A program made the translations under genes and the position numbers. From positions 985,454-1,049,453 of the forward strand of contig NMRA01000021.1 of NCBI GenBank assembly GCA_002633005.1: a stretch of DNA of 64,000 bases, read 5' to 3'. Under the pieces are notes generated by a model that ran no database searches, was not told where the DNA came from, and was given only the letters and a program-made list of their open reading frames with translations. This document shows positions 12,218-25,216 of this stretch, one piece after another. The stretch is from Phoronis australis (Eukaryota > Animalia > Phoronida). Within the stretch, counting starts at the first letter, position 1. Every line of letters starts with the position of its first letter.

Positions 12218-15200
12218 TGTACAGTGTATGGGTGACTAAAACGGACCACTGGCGTTTAAGTCACTTTGGTATAGAGTTAAGTGCGTCAAAATTACAAATG
12301 AAAATTAAACTGCGGGACAAAAAGGTGCGCTTGCCTTGGAAATATGCTAAAAACAAATAAGGGTCAAACTAAACTAATGTGTCAGCGAATGACAAAAATT
12401 TCAACTTCAAAGTGAGGTATTAACTAAATGTACATTCTCACAAGCGACAGATCTACCGTTAGCATTCCTACTGTTATTCACTGAGCCTTCGGACACTAGG
12501 CAACTACTTAGTGGTACGAGCTTGAACAAATATTGTCTTCCCTACCTGGTACAATTTACTAACGGAAGCAACTGTCAAAAATTACGATCCTGTTAAAAAC
12601 CTTGATCAGCAAATCAGAAAATAGCGTTGATTGAATTTGACATCTAAGCAATTAAGGAAGAATGAACTTACCTTTTCCCCTAAAGTTTAACGCCGGGCTT
12701 CATAACATACATATGCTGTAGTACCGCCACCACTTCTCAACTTGATTTAAAGGAGGTACCCTTGCTAAGTGTATATAAGATTTTTTAAGTAGAAGGACTG
12801 GTTAGACACCGGTTCAATGCTCCCTTTTCTCTACCGTGACTTTAACTTGTTATAGGCGAAAGCGTAAATCTGCCGCACATTATGAGAATTAAGTAATTGT
12901 TATTGGCGTTCTGGTGGATATCACGTGAAATCGTCTTCTTATTGGCTCAGAAAACGAAACAAGAAGTGAAAATCCTGCAATGCAGCACCGCGTGCTCTGT
13001 ATACAGTGTACGTCATCACTTTCAGAGTACCAGTGCGACAAAATATCCCCAATGCAAGCTTCTAAGTTCTAACACAGTAAGGTCAAAGATTTTATAGTAT
13101 CTTTGGTAAGGTGTCAGTCTGCCAAGCGCAACTTTTTGGGGTTTTGATGAGTCATAAACAAGTGAGCTTCACATTAACAGAGCGAGAATTTTTTTAAGAA
13201 GTGGGAAAATTTGTCAGGGAGTGCGTGGTTCTGCGGGCTAGCTCTTAATCGACAATCCTTAAACACTGCGGGTTGAATGGTGTGCTACATACTCGCGTAC
13301 AATATAATATTGCTGAGAGGACAGTTTTCATATAATTACCAAACCTTCAATATACCAGTTGTTATTGGTTCCCTTTCTTTGCTGAATATACATAGGCAGA
13401 ACCGTGTTCACACTGGAATTCCCTCCTGCTGGTAATCGGTCTTTGGTAGAATACGTTTTGGTAGAACATATCGCTTCAGCGATGTTGTAGGAGAGTCAAG
13501 TAAGGCTACTTGTTTTTGTGTCTTGAAACCAGACATAGCAGGCTGTCATATTTGTTGATGCGTGAGAAATCATATCTTATCCGAGTAAGGGGTGAAATTG
13601 AAACCAACCGAGTAAGCAATCTGAATAAAAAGGCAATTTTCTTTGAAGGTGGGTTTTCAGGTAACATGTAACCAGTAGCATATTTAACCAAGTTTTGGAG
13701 GCTAAAATATGGCTTTCGGTTTTCTTTTGTGCATCACCTTAAACATTATAAGATGTTTGTTTACCAGGTGAAGTGCCGGTGCCAAACACCGGGTGGAGTT
13801 CCACGCCAAGTCAGTTGGCACAAGCGATGATTAATAAGACGGTTGCCATGGTGCCGTGAGAACAAGGTCACGTGCAGTCAAAATACCTGACCGATGTTGA
13901 TGCATACAGGCATGTCATGTACTGAAACTCGAAACATGACTAAAACCGCATGTGAGTAAAGATTACTCATAGACGCAAGTTGCCAGTTGACACATAGGTA
14001 ATCATTCGAGAAAAAAATCTGCTCACACGTCTACAAAATTCGTTCAATTTGTCCCAAACAACCGCACAGCAGGTGTTTTATTAGCGCATCATGTACAGTT
14101 TGAAAATTGTAGAATACGTACATGTACACTGGTAGTCGGACGTTATTTGAGTCCTACATTTACTCGTAAGGTCATAAAATTAAAAAAGTCAGCCAATCGA
14201 CTTTTGCAAGGTTTGTGGAAAATTGATCATCATCTGACTATCACTTGGAAACAGTGTGAAAGGCGCCGAACTCAAAATCTCCTGAGTGGAAACGGATGGA
14301 TTACTACACCACATTTATCGTTATTATTATTATGATCATTATCATTCATTATCATTATTTTTTATATTTTTATTACCACTGTTGCTATCGATATCGCTAT
14401 CGGTATTGTTATTATTATGGTTGTTGTTGGATGAGCACGTGAGGTAGTCCCATACCCGTGATTGTTTTTATGCGAACACTGTTAACACTTCGCTGAAGAT
14501 GACCTGAGAAATGACCGGCAGAAACGCCGTGCCAGTGTAAACACACATAGTCGTGGCTAGAGGTTGGTGGGTAAATAGACTAATAACTTTTGGAAATGAC
14601 ATTACTACATCACGACGTCAAAATGACTTTAGGAAGTCGGTCTCATCATTGTTTTACTTCGTATTATCGTAGTTATTGCCTATTCTCCGCTATCCTGCAA
14701 CTTAACGCGTTTATCCAGAGCAATTGCATTCTGCAATATGCAAGCACACATCTGTTTGGAAACTATAAAAGCCATCGTCACTACGAGTTACATTAGAACA
14801 GGTTACGAATCGTCGATTGTAGAACATGGGCGGCGCAGCACTGAAATAAGTGGGAGGCTATACCCCCCCCCCCCCAGCCCTCGCCCGGTTGTACTGAGGC
14901 AACTTGACACGTGTGACAACTTACTCCACCTTATTGAGGTTCACGTTATTGTTCCGGGGCAAATTAATTGACGCGGCGCATTTCCTAGTGTGGACACAAA
15001 TCTCAGAGCAAGCAAGGTGTAAGTACTTTCTGTGCGCTTGCTCAGTTACACTCAAGCTAGAGTGCCATTTAGCGCAATGTATATTTAATATTACACAGTG
15101 TAGGATATGTAGCGTGGGCAATCGGCCGAAGGGGGACAGATTTCTTTAGAGCAATTGCTCTAAAACAAGTTCAGTAACTCACAGAGTGGACAGGTCACTA

Positions 15201-17322
15201 TTGTCGGACAAGGCAAATGGGCAATATTTTTGCTACTGAGATTAATGAATACAAGTGCGACATGATGGGCAAAGCATTTACATCTTGGTTAATTATTTAG
15301 CATTATGTGAGGACACGGACAAGTCTCCGAGTTTGATTAACTTAGACCGGAACCTTCATCATCCGATATTGATTCAAATTAAACTTTCATATTCAACGCT
15401 TGATGCGCTGCTCTCAAAATATGATTCTACATGTTCCACTTTTGTATGAAGGGCTATTAGTTAAAGATAATAGTGTTGTAATTTTATGTAACAAATCAAT
15501 AAAACAAAACGAAAAGTATTTTAGACAATGTTTTACATCGTTTCGTGAGATTTCATCTGAAACAGTTTAAATAAAGTGAAATATTAGTGGTACCGTTTTT
15601 TTTGCTGTGAATATGCTTTTCTTATTATTTTGCTTACGTTCGCTGAAAGTCCATGCTCACGTGACCTATTTAATGGCAGATTGGTATAAAATTTGAAGAC
15701 TCTCTACTTTCATAAGACATATACTTTTACGGAGCTAATTTCTATACTTTCCTAAAATTTTGGCTAAATGTACAAACTTCAGCATTCAAGCCATTTCGCC
15801 TTTCACCCGCGTGATTTCGCTTCTTGCTCTACGAAACGCACCCCAGTTTCGCAATCTCATGTCGTTTACCTTTACCTGTTATTAAAAAACACAGAAGTAC
15901 CTGAAATTTGTTTCTTTTTTGTACGAAAACTAACAGTTTCGAAATTAATGGATCTTTTGATTCCGCGTTATTTGTAACAGTAGAAAAGGCAGGGAGGGTG
16001 GTAACCGTAAGACTATTGCGAGTGGGAGTTAAACCATTTGGCCTCAGGTTCCGGAAATGTCATAAATAAAACGGCACTGCGGTATAAACAAGGCTATTTT
16101 TCAATTAACGGAATTAATCTGTTTACGAATGCCTCGGTCACTTATTTCTCTGATTACTAATTCGGGACTTAAATTTCTTGCTGACGTTCAGATTTCAGCT
16201 ACTGTGCCTTATCAGTACACGGCCGCATGCAAAGGTGCATTTTTGAAATTCTCCTGTATTTGAAACTCTCATCCAGAATCAGATGGGTTCTAAGCAAATG
16301 ACAATATATATTCCGGGAGTTATCAATTTGTTCTGTGGTTTTAATTGTGTTGGCCGCCTCCCAAAAAAATGTGAAATCTGCTGCTTGGAAATTCTTCGCA
16401 TCCGTTTACAATTTTCGATATCACTTACTTTACCGAAGAAGCCTTTCACTGCAGAGTGAATATTTGCTAACAAGCTAAGCCATCGATGACTTTATCAGAA
16501 ACGCGCATATACAGTTTATGCCCGATGATCTTGATCTGAATATTCGTATGATTCACTTTTTGATATTTTGTTCCCAGCAACAGGAAGCGGGAATGTGGTA
16601 GGTACTTAACACGTGACTGAGGTTGCATGCATAAATTATGCTAAACAATTTAGGGGGAAAAGTTTGTTTATTAGTAATAGTTACATGTATACATGCCTAC
16701 CAGCTTAGATGATGTAAATTCAAAGGGCATCTTGGACGTTTGTTTCATTTTGGATACAACAAGTTTGAATTTAACACACAAATCAAAATGCAGAAGCTCG
16801 AATTGGAACTGCTTACGAGGACAATGATATCTCATCAAGCATAGGCCTACAGTACCATTTAGCCAAATGTCTAACCCAACATAATTTCTTGTTTCTGGAC
16901 CAGGTTGCATAAATGTATGCAAAGGTGTTCTTTACATGGACATTCAAAAGAGGTCTTCTTATATCGATTCTGATGACGAAGGATAGTTTTTACTGTTTAC
17001 ATCGGTTAGGTTGACAATTTTTCTAAAACGATATTCTCCACAACCGAATATCGCCTTCCGTTAATCGAGGTTATGAACTCATGCTTGACGTTTCGCACCT
17101 GATTCAATCCATCATCAATGGAGATCAAAAACAAGACAGCGTAACCTGTGTGGAACCGTGCGAGTATTCAGTCAAAGGGGGTGAACGCCTCAAAAAGTAC
17201 AGATGTTTATCAGACGAACACCATGGATATGGAATTTATATATATACATGTATTTATATAAAAGATGGGGATAAATTATGATCAACCAAAATTTCCTGTG
17301 TAGTGTTATATGGACTTGATGA

Positions 17323-17402
17323 CATGGGTGGCTCAGCACTGAAAAAAGTGGGGGCTANNNNCCCCCCCCCCCCCCCCCAACCCCTATGTTGCGCCGCCCA
17401 TG
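17323..17402. mobile_element. Family B mini-MITE
   Basis: TIRs present. Flanks are GATGA/GATGG (5-bp TSD, 4/5 match). Confidence 0.7.
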
Positions 17403-19418
17403 GATGGGTTACCGAAGTTCTCTGAGATAAGCCACAGCGCGGAATCAAACTTACAACCCTGCAGTCGTAGTCCAACACTTTGCTATCGGAACTAAAGTTC
17501 CTATACATTGTATGTACTAGTTAAATGACAGACTTTTTAAAGCGACTTTAAAAATTGTTAAAGTCACGAGCCTTGATTTCAGTGAATGGCTGACTGACAA
17601 CAGAGAGAATTAACGATTTGTAATAATTCACAAAACAACCATACAGATATTGTTAATATTTCTAGTCAAAGCTAATGACTCGACAACAAGTCTAATGCAC
17701 CTTTCAAGAAATTTTCGGAATCATTGCCGCGAACTGATCTCCAAGGTTCATTCATCGATGCCCAGTAGAAAATTGTTCAAATTGAATATCGGTTCCCAGA
17801 CTGTTTTTAAAGTAGTAACGATAAGACTTGTAAGAGAAGGGGAAAGCTACATCAGCACTGACTTGAGAGTGCAAAGGTCACGTACCATATATTTCATATT
17901 TGTAGTTTGTTTTCTTCTACAGTATCATGGGAACAAAGTTGACCCCAGACTCAACTCCGCGATAACCTACTGTCCTGAAAAACACCTCGAAAGTGGCAGT
18001 GGTCGTACAAGATTGTGTAGTTCTGATGATCCAGATGAATTACGTTGGAACTTGAATTAGAAAATTCTTTTATTCACTAAACGTTTCCAAATATAGAAAA
18101 AAGAAAATGATTGAATAAAATAATCCAGAAAATTTCTTGCATAGGTGTTTGCTCTTGTGATCTTAGCAACGGAATGTGTCAGTACAAATGTCACTAAGAC
18201 TTCCCTTCTCGGCATGTTCACATGGTAATCTCATTACCCGGTAGTAGTCGTTGGAGGTCACCGCGGGTCACTACAGTAGATCTTCTTGCAAAAATGAAGT
18301 TGTACGAAATGGCACCGAGCTTTCCGCTAAAAACCAGCCGCATTGTAGATCGACAAAAAATTGCAGGCGGTCCGATGTCTGAAGTGCGTCGACGCGCGCA
18401 GGCCATATAGGTGGGGCCCGTTGCACGAAAGATCTGATTTGAAACTCATGAGAATCTTCTTGTGGCTAATCTGAGAAAGCGGCAGAAGTTCACAGGCATG
18501 CAAAAGTCACATTCATCTGTTAATGACGTCTGGTACAAATCGAGCCAAGTTACTGTCCACTGATAGCACACAAAACCTCAACCGTTTCCGTTTGTCTGGT
18601 CATCCAGTGATTCTCCACCTGGGGCAAGTCTGTTCACCTTACTTTCACTTCTGACCATGACAGTTGGGTTCGTTTGGATTTGGGAGAATCAGTGCAGTAT
18701 GTTTAAAAATGCAAAGCACTCAATCGCAGCCGTGTGTCAAGTTTAACATCGCAGGCCCACTCGCTTATAATTAACATAAAATATAAGCCCGGAAGTCAAA
18801 ATTTCAGTGTTGCGATGAGAAACGTGAATGTACCCTTTAAAGACACTGTTTCATTTTTGTTAAAAATTTCATGAAACGGTTCTTTATTCAAACCATTTTA
18901 TTTGGAGCCTGAGCCCGAGAATGCTCTTTCCACTTGACATTGATATTTTTTCAAAACCCACTGATTTTAAAACAGATATTTTAGCTTAATTGTTCTGTTT
19001 GGTGTGGTGCACCGTGAAAAGGTGGATGGTGAAGTGGGTGTCAATCGAAACTCAAGTGTTGCTGAGGTCCTGCGCTTGAATTTGGAATTTCCATTAATCT
19101 CAAGATCCCGTATAGGCCAACGTACATGTAAATTTGGAATATCCGAAAAAACGTGTTAATTTTCGCGATATCTTCAGTTTCGACTGGCAAAACTCATCGG
19201 TGTTATAAGTAGGTGAAAACAAAGGGAACACTTATATCTTTAGGGCCGATTCTTTGTATTCCTATCTGATCATGAAATACTGTGGAACATTTTCAACTGT
19301 GCTGCTAACATTCTTGTACAGATTCAGTGTACCGCACAACAAAACAGTTATCGTATTCAATAAATCTTATAGGAGAAGCGCAGTACTCCAGTCATAAGAA
19401 AACTGAAGTTACTAGCTT

Positions 19419-19579
19419 CATTGGCGGATTTAGAGTTGGGCCAAGGGGGCCATGACCCACCTTAAAATTCTCTCAGATTACATTTGGCAGTTCGGGGGTG
19501 TGAATGTCTGACTTGTAAAATCCTGGCTAATACTCTGCCCTGCCCCCTCCCCTAACTCAAAATCCTGGATCCGCCCCTG
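19419..19579 (+). mobile_element. ~160-bp MITE (family A, CAGTGGCGGAT...ATCCGCCCCTG), hAT5-like
   Basis: Terminal inverted repeats and a perfect 5-bp TSD AGCTT. Homologous copies occur elsewhere in the window. Confidence 0.8.
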
Positions 19580-21595
19580 AGCTTTGATCAGAGACATAAA
19601 TCCGATGAGTACTTTTTATTCTATAACAAATCACCGTTGAGATTAACTAAAAAATGACAGACGTCTTTACCGAATGAAATATAACTCCGACAGTTAGACT
19701 GCGACCATGGAAATTCCAGATTTGATTCCTAGGTAGGGTCAATCACAGAAGTCACTTGCCTCATCAACAATGCCCCTGTAATTTTCTTTCTATGCCCAAC
19801 ATCCATTTTTCAAGCAATCACCAGCTTCAAAACTAAAATCGCATTACCTATATATTTTAACTTCATGCATAAAATTTATATCGAATGAGTTTACCCGCAG
19901 TTTATGACAAGTTTGTTCTAAGAAAACATCAATTAAAATATGTTTAGATTACTAAATGTACTGTTGGAATGAATAATTACAAAGTATCCTACCTTTTTCA
20001 GCTAATCTTAATTTTCCGTTGTGTTGATGGGAGATCCGTCAGCGTTTTAGGCTGTTGGTGGAGTGATATCCCAAAGACAGCTGTCTCGGAAAATCGCCGC
20101 GTTGTTGCAAATATAGAATGTCCAGTGAACGCTGAGAAAATGGATTTTCACAAACACGCAGCGCCTCTGGCGGAACAGGCGTTCAACTCAAAAAGACGGA
20201 GAAGTGAACAGGTCAAAACAACATACAATTAGTTGATTCTGGTCAGTGTTTTCTTTTCAATATTATGTCGGTACGGTATTTTTGGTTGATCGCTATTTGA
20301 AAAAAATCCACCTGAGACGAGTCAATATGGTGCGGGGATGGCGTTTTTTTATTCAACGTTTGGAAAATCGTGGTATTTCAAACCTTGCTTACGTGCACGA
20401 AACCGTGGCTGAATTGTTGTGGCAGATCTCAAAATGAGTCGTGGTACAGACCGGAACCGACTATGTTTTTTGGCCTCATTTGGTGATAAGTAGTCTTTAT
20501 TCAGGTCACAAGACGCTGTTTACAAATTATGAGGAACAACAAAACTGCAGCAGACGATAAAAATGGAGAGTCTATAAAACTGTTGCTTTCGTCTGAAAGT
20601 CAGTTGAATTTCGTGACTTCGTCCTGTGCCACTTATATGCACGACAAATGTTGCCCAGTTTAGATGTCGCATAAAGCGGTCTCAAAGGTCACCATAATCA
20701 TACGAAAATAATTATTAACCTTATCTAACTGAAGCTTTACGCAGAATACAAAAACTAAGCAGTTCAAACTATGTCGTTTGAGATAACGCGGGGTCGCGCG
20801 TAGAACGGAAAGTCCCGTACTTCCGGAGTGAAGTGAAGAGGGGTTCTTGATTTTGGCAGCTTGTCAGTCTATGATTAATTGTAATACTGCATCAGTTGAA
20901 TTCAGCTTAAATCTGAAAAAATAGAGAGTTTGCAACCACAAAATTGCAGTTGTGTACTCAGTTTTGATATTATTTTTTATAATACTAGCTATCACTTTAA
21001 TGCCATTGGCCCGTATTACAGTACACTCACAGTAAAAACATTTTGTACTTTACGAGAATTGACATTTTTGCGCTAGTTTTGAGCGTGCCTTTAAGGAATG
21101 TTTCCATTCCGAGAACAGTCCAGGGAAGATAGAACAGTCATAAGTAGACATTGAATCAGGAAGTCTTCCTGATTTGAATGTAGAATCTCTGTTTTTTTTA
21201 TTATTACACAGCGCATTTGTTTTACTATGCGTAGCGTTCGGAACAGATTAACACAACATTGTTGCAGTGGTTCTACGAGTGTAAATATCTGCTTAGCACT
21301 CTTCGGTCAGTGCGGGTGTGTTGGTCCAGGAACTTGCACGTATAATCTGTTTTGCAATCATTTTGCTCAAGTGCTGCGCACAGAGGCGCAATTGCGCGAC
21401 AGCTTCACTATTATGTACATAGGCGAGCGGGGTGCATATTACGTAGTACAGGAGCCTGTTTTGTACGTTTTTAATAAAATTTGTGTTTGCTGGCAGAGGA
21501 CTTTGAGGAAACTATATTCCACAGAACTAGAAGTCATGGTTTTGTTCAATTGCACTTATACTGAAAATGAATTAATTAATTCCAGCGTTTATAAC

Positions 21596-21782
21596 CAGGG
21601 GCGGATCCAGGATTTTGAGTTACAGGGTGCCAGGGCAGAGTATTTGCTAGGATTTTGCGTCAGACTGTCTGACGGGCAAAATCCTAGCAAATACCCCCGA
21701 ACTTCCAAATAGAATCTGGGAAAATTTTAGAGGGCATGGCCCTCTTGCCCCCACCCCCCCCTCCCCCTTAAATTCGCCACTG
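21596..21782 (-). mobile_element. MITE family A copy
   Basis: CAGGGGCGGATCC...TTCGCCACTG termini, TSD ATAAC/ACAAC. Confidence 0.75.
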
Positions 21783-24700
21783 ACAACGGCTAAACCAACC
21801 TCCTCTCACGTCTTGGGCTACTGGCTCTCGATTTTTCTTAGTTTTCAAGAACATGTCCACGCAAAAATAAGTCAGCAGCTCAGATGTCTATGCTCTGTAC
21901 ATTGTTTAACACACGCTGAGAGTGACGTGTGCTAAAAGAAAAGAACTCGTCACTATTCATAGCGAGGCTGTTTATCAATTGCAAGACCAAGTTTACATTC
22001 AGGGGCTTGAATTCGCCATTAAAATTTTATTGGTTAATTTATTGAGTGTCTGGCTATGTGATGCTTCTGCGATGTTATTGACAGGATTAGAAATCCAGAG
22101 TGCCAATCGAGGATTATTGTAAACAATTACAAACACTGCGGTTTGTTCTGGCAATCTCGTGGTTTTTCTGTGCACCTGCAGTTGCGATTATCACAGCTTT
22201 CATCAGCACTTTTTCAGCACTATACAAGGAGGTAAAAACGATTCCATGGCAGCGCTTCAAAATTCCAGTTAAAATCCCTTAAACTCCTGTCTCAGACCCA
22301 ACCAAGCCCGTGGTACAAATTTCCTTACACCTGCGCACCTCAAGTCCACCTCATATCACGTATTCCCAAAACCCAATGACCAACGTAGTACCTGGGGACC
22401 TTATCGAAAGGGTTATGCTTTTGAATGCGTGATCTGGACACTGATTGGTCCCCAGACATGGAGTTAGGGAATTCCCATAGATATTGGAGTATATTACAGG
22501 TGCGCAGTTAGCTAACCCAGTTAGGTGTTACTTGGTACGAGTGTAAGCCTCAGTATCATTGCTGAGATTTAAAAGCATAGCTAGGGATCGTTTCCTTTCC
22601 CTGCCAGTCATTGTACCACCAGTTTGTAAGAAGTGATGAACTGTTTAACAGCAGGTCCCGGGGGGGCTATACCTTAGGGCTGTCTAAAAGCGTCTACACC
22701 TGACCACAATAGGCCTGTCTTGAAATATCACAGCAACACTTTCCTTCTTAGGTGGGACTTAACAGTCTTCCCTTATTTTTACCTCATAAGGCAGGGTGAA
22801 CTGAGGGAAAGCAGTTTATATCTTTTCTACATCAAAACCACACAATATGAAACCTATGCAGGCATAAAGCTTGTATACAGTCTAAAATGACAGCCAAAGT
22901 GGGTTTCTTTTGCTTTTTTAGCCATCTTGGCAAACCTAGACGGCCATGCCGAAAAGCGAAAAAATACACAAAAATGGCAGTTTCCAACACAAAACCACGA
23001 TCGACTCGTACGTAGCTACTAGGCATCAACAGTCATTGCACTCAGAATGTCAAAACACTCCACGAAATGATAGAGTATTTACGAACAGCCACGGTTGCAA
23101 GAAAAGTAGGTCAAGGAGGCAACAAACTGCTTTTTTCAAAAACAGGCTAAAAACTAAGTGCCATTCGTAACCACCAAACTCAGAGTGAATCTCAAAATGC
23201 CCAGCCAATCCAGCAGACGCCACTTTTTATCATGAAACTGGGGAACCGCGAATTCGACTTTGGCTTGAACAATAATTAGTGACACCGTACAATATATTTA
23301 CCCACAATGCAGCTCACGCAGCAAACACTTGTCCTGCTTCTTCGCATGCAAATGTACTGGTCAACAATGACCGTAATGATGAATTTGTATCATTGCTTTT
23401 TAAGTGTTGCAATGGTGACAACAAGAAACTGGCAAACGAAAAAACTCAAGATCAGGTGTGCTTCTCTTGTTTATGAACAGAGAGGACGTAGAAAATAGGT
23501 CAGTCAAGCATTTTGCTACGTGCTGTATCTCTACCCAAAGGAAAGTGCAATCCAGATAGATAATAGAATAGACGCTATTTTATCAAGAATTAGAACGTCT
23601 TTTGCAGCGAAACTTACAAATGCTTTGTTAAAAACCTGCACTACAGTAGTTTGTTTTTTGTAGAGTTTGATAATCTGAAAGTGTCCAAACCCTTTGTAGA
23701 GTTAATTTCCTGTCATACTTTCATAGGGATTTTTGTCGTATACCATTCCGCCAACTCGGGGGATATTTTGCCGTCTCGCCGGTGTATTGTGTAGTATCAG
23801 ACGTTTCAATTCCCAGCTGTCATCTCCGGTTGGTATTCTGTTGGCTTCACAGTATCGGCAGCATCGCCATTCTCGGATTGTAAACAGAAGTAGGGGAGGA
23901 GAAAGTGGTCTGCGAAAGCTGAAGCAAAAGCGATCGGAATCTCATTTTCCATGTTGCTAGGTTGGTCGAACCGAGTTTTGAACGTATAGCGGAAACCCGG
24001 GAAAACAGCCGGAGACGGTGAAACATGACTGTCTAATACACACGGTGGACGAGAATCGCCGCGAGAACAAAAACGAAATGTGGCCTCACAACGAAACAAA
24101 TTGCAATAAGCATTGTAAATGTACAAGAAAATACTAAACGGTTTCTTAAATGTTTTTTCCATCAATGTTAACTCGTTAGTAATGAGTGGCCTAGTTTTGG
24201 AACCACTGTCACGTGATGACCAGTCACGGTCGCAGGCGTATCGGAAATTAAATTGATCCAAGATACCGTAATTTACGTTCATTACCGGTTGTCGGCGATG
24301 TGAAACATTTACCTACTTTAATAACAGAATGCGTCTTGGGGCTTACCCTGGAAGCAAATTTTTTTGCCATTTACTCTCTATTTAAGAAAAATCAATGTTT
24401 TACTGTCGATTGCATCGCAAAGCAAAAATCGGAGTGTTTGCTCTACATACTTCTCTACCACGTGACGCCAATGCACATGCGCTGCATATGACCGTTTATG
24501 CTATTTATGTTCAAAGTGGATATTGAAAAAATCGGATTTTCAATGCTCGTTTTGCATAATGAGGATGGGATATTGAATAAGAGTCCTATTATTGTTTTGC
24601 GTATTGGAACTTGAATTCACTGCAGTTAATAAAATTCATTAATGCTGTGAAAACTCGGTGTTGGGATTTAGACCTATATAGTTAATTAAAGCTATCATAT

Positions 24701-25216
24701 CAAGCGTAATAAGACGTGGACATTTTAATTACTAGATTTCTTGATCTTACATGTAGTGATGAATATCTTTAATTGGAAATGGCCAAGCTACGTTGTAAGT
24801 CACATAAGGTAATTATTTTTCCCAGAACTCGGGCAGTCCCCTATAGTTGGACGAGACGAAATATTCACTACTTGCACACTTAAGAGGTGCTGCAAAAATG
24901 ATTGCTGTGTGCTGTAGTTCTCGGTTAAGCGCGCGTGTTCCAAACATGCAGAACCACTTGTAGTTTAGACACAGCGCCTCGTTTTCAAACACAAAGGGCG
25001 AATTCGTGCAAAAAGTAGTCAAGTCGTGGATCTACGTAGGCGCACGCATGTTTCACGTCGACAGTTGCCGTGTTGCAGAGACATTTGTAATGCATGGCTG
25101 ATTCAACAAGAAAATGTGTTTATAAGAAGGCAAAATTTACATACTGCAAATGTACAAAAACGTGCACTGCTTCTCTTCACTGAATAACTGGTACTCGTTA
25201 GCAGGTTGGTCCGACA

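Noticed and set aside
21227-21712. 161-aa ORF, and the many other 60-160-aa ORFs in the track
   Set aside because: No recognisable domains, mostly non-ATG starts or antisense to real genes or TEs. This one runs into a MITE. Consistent with chance ORFs.
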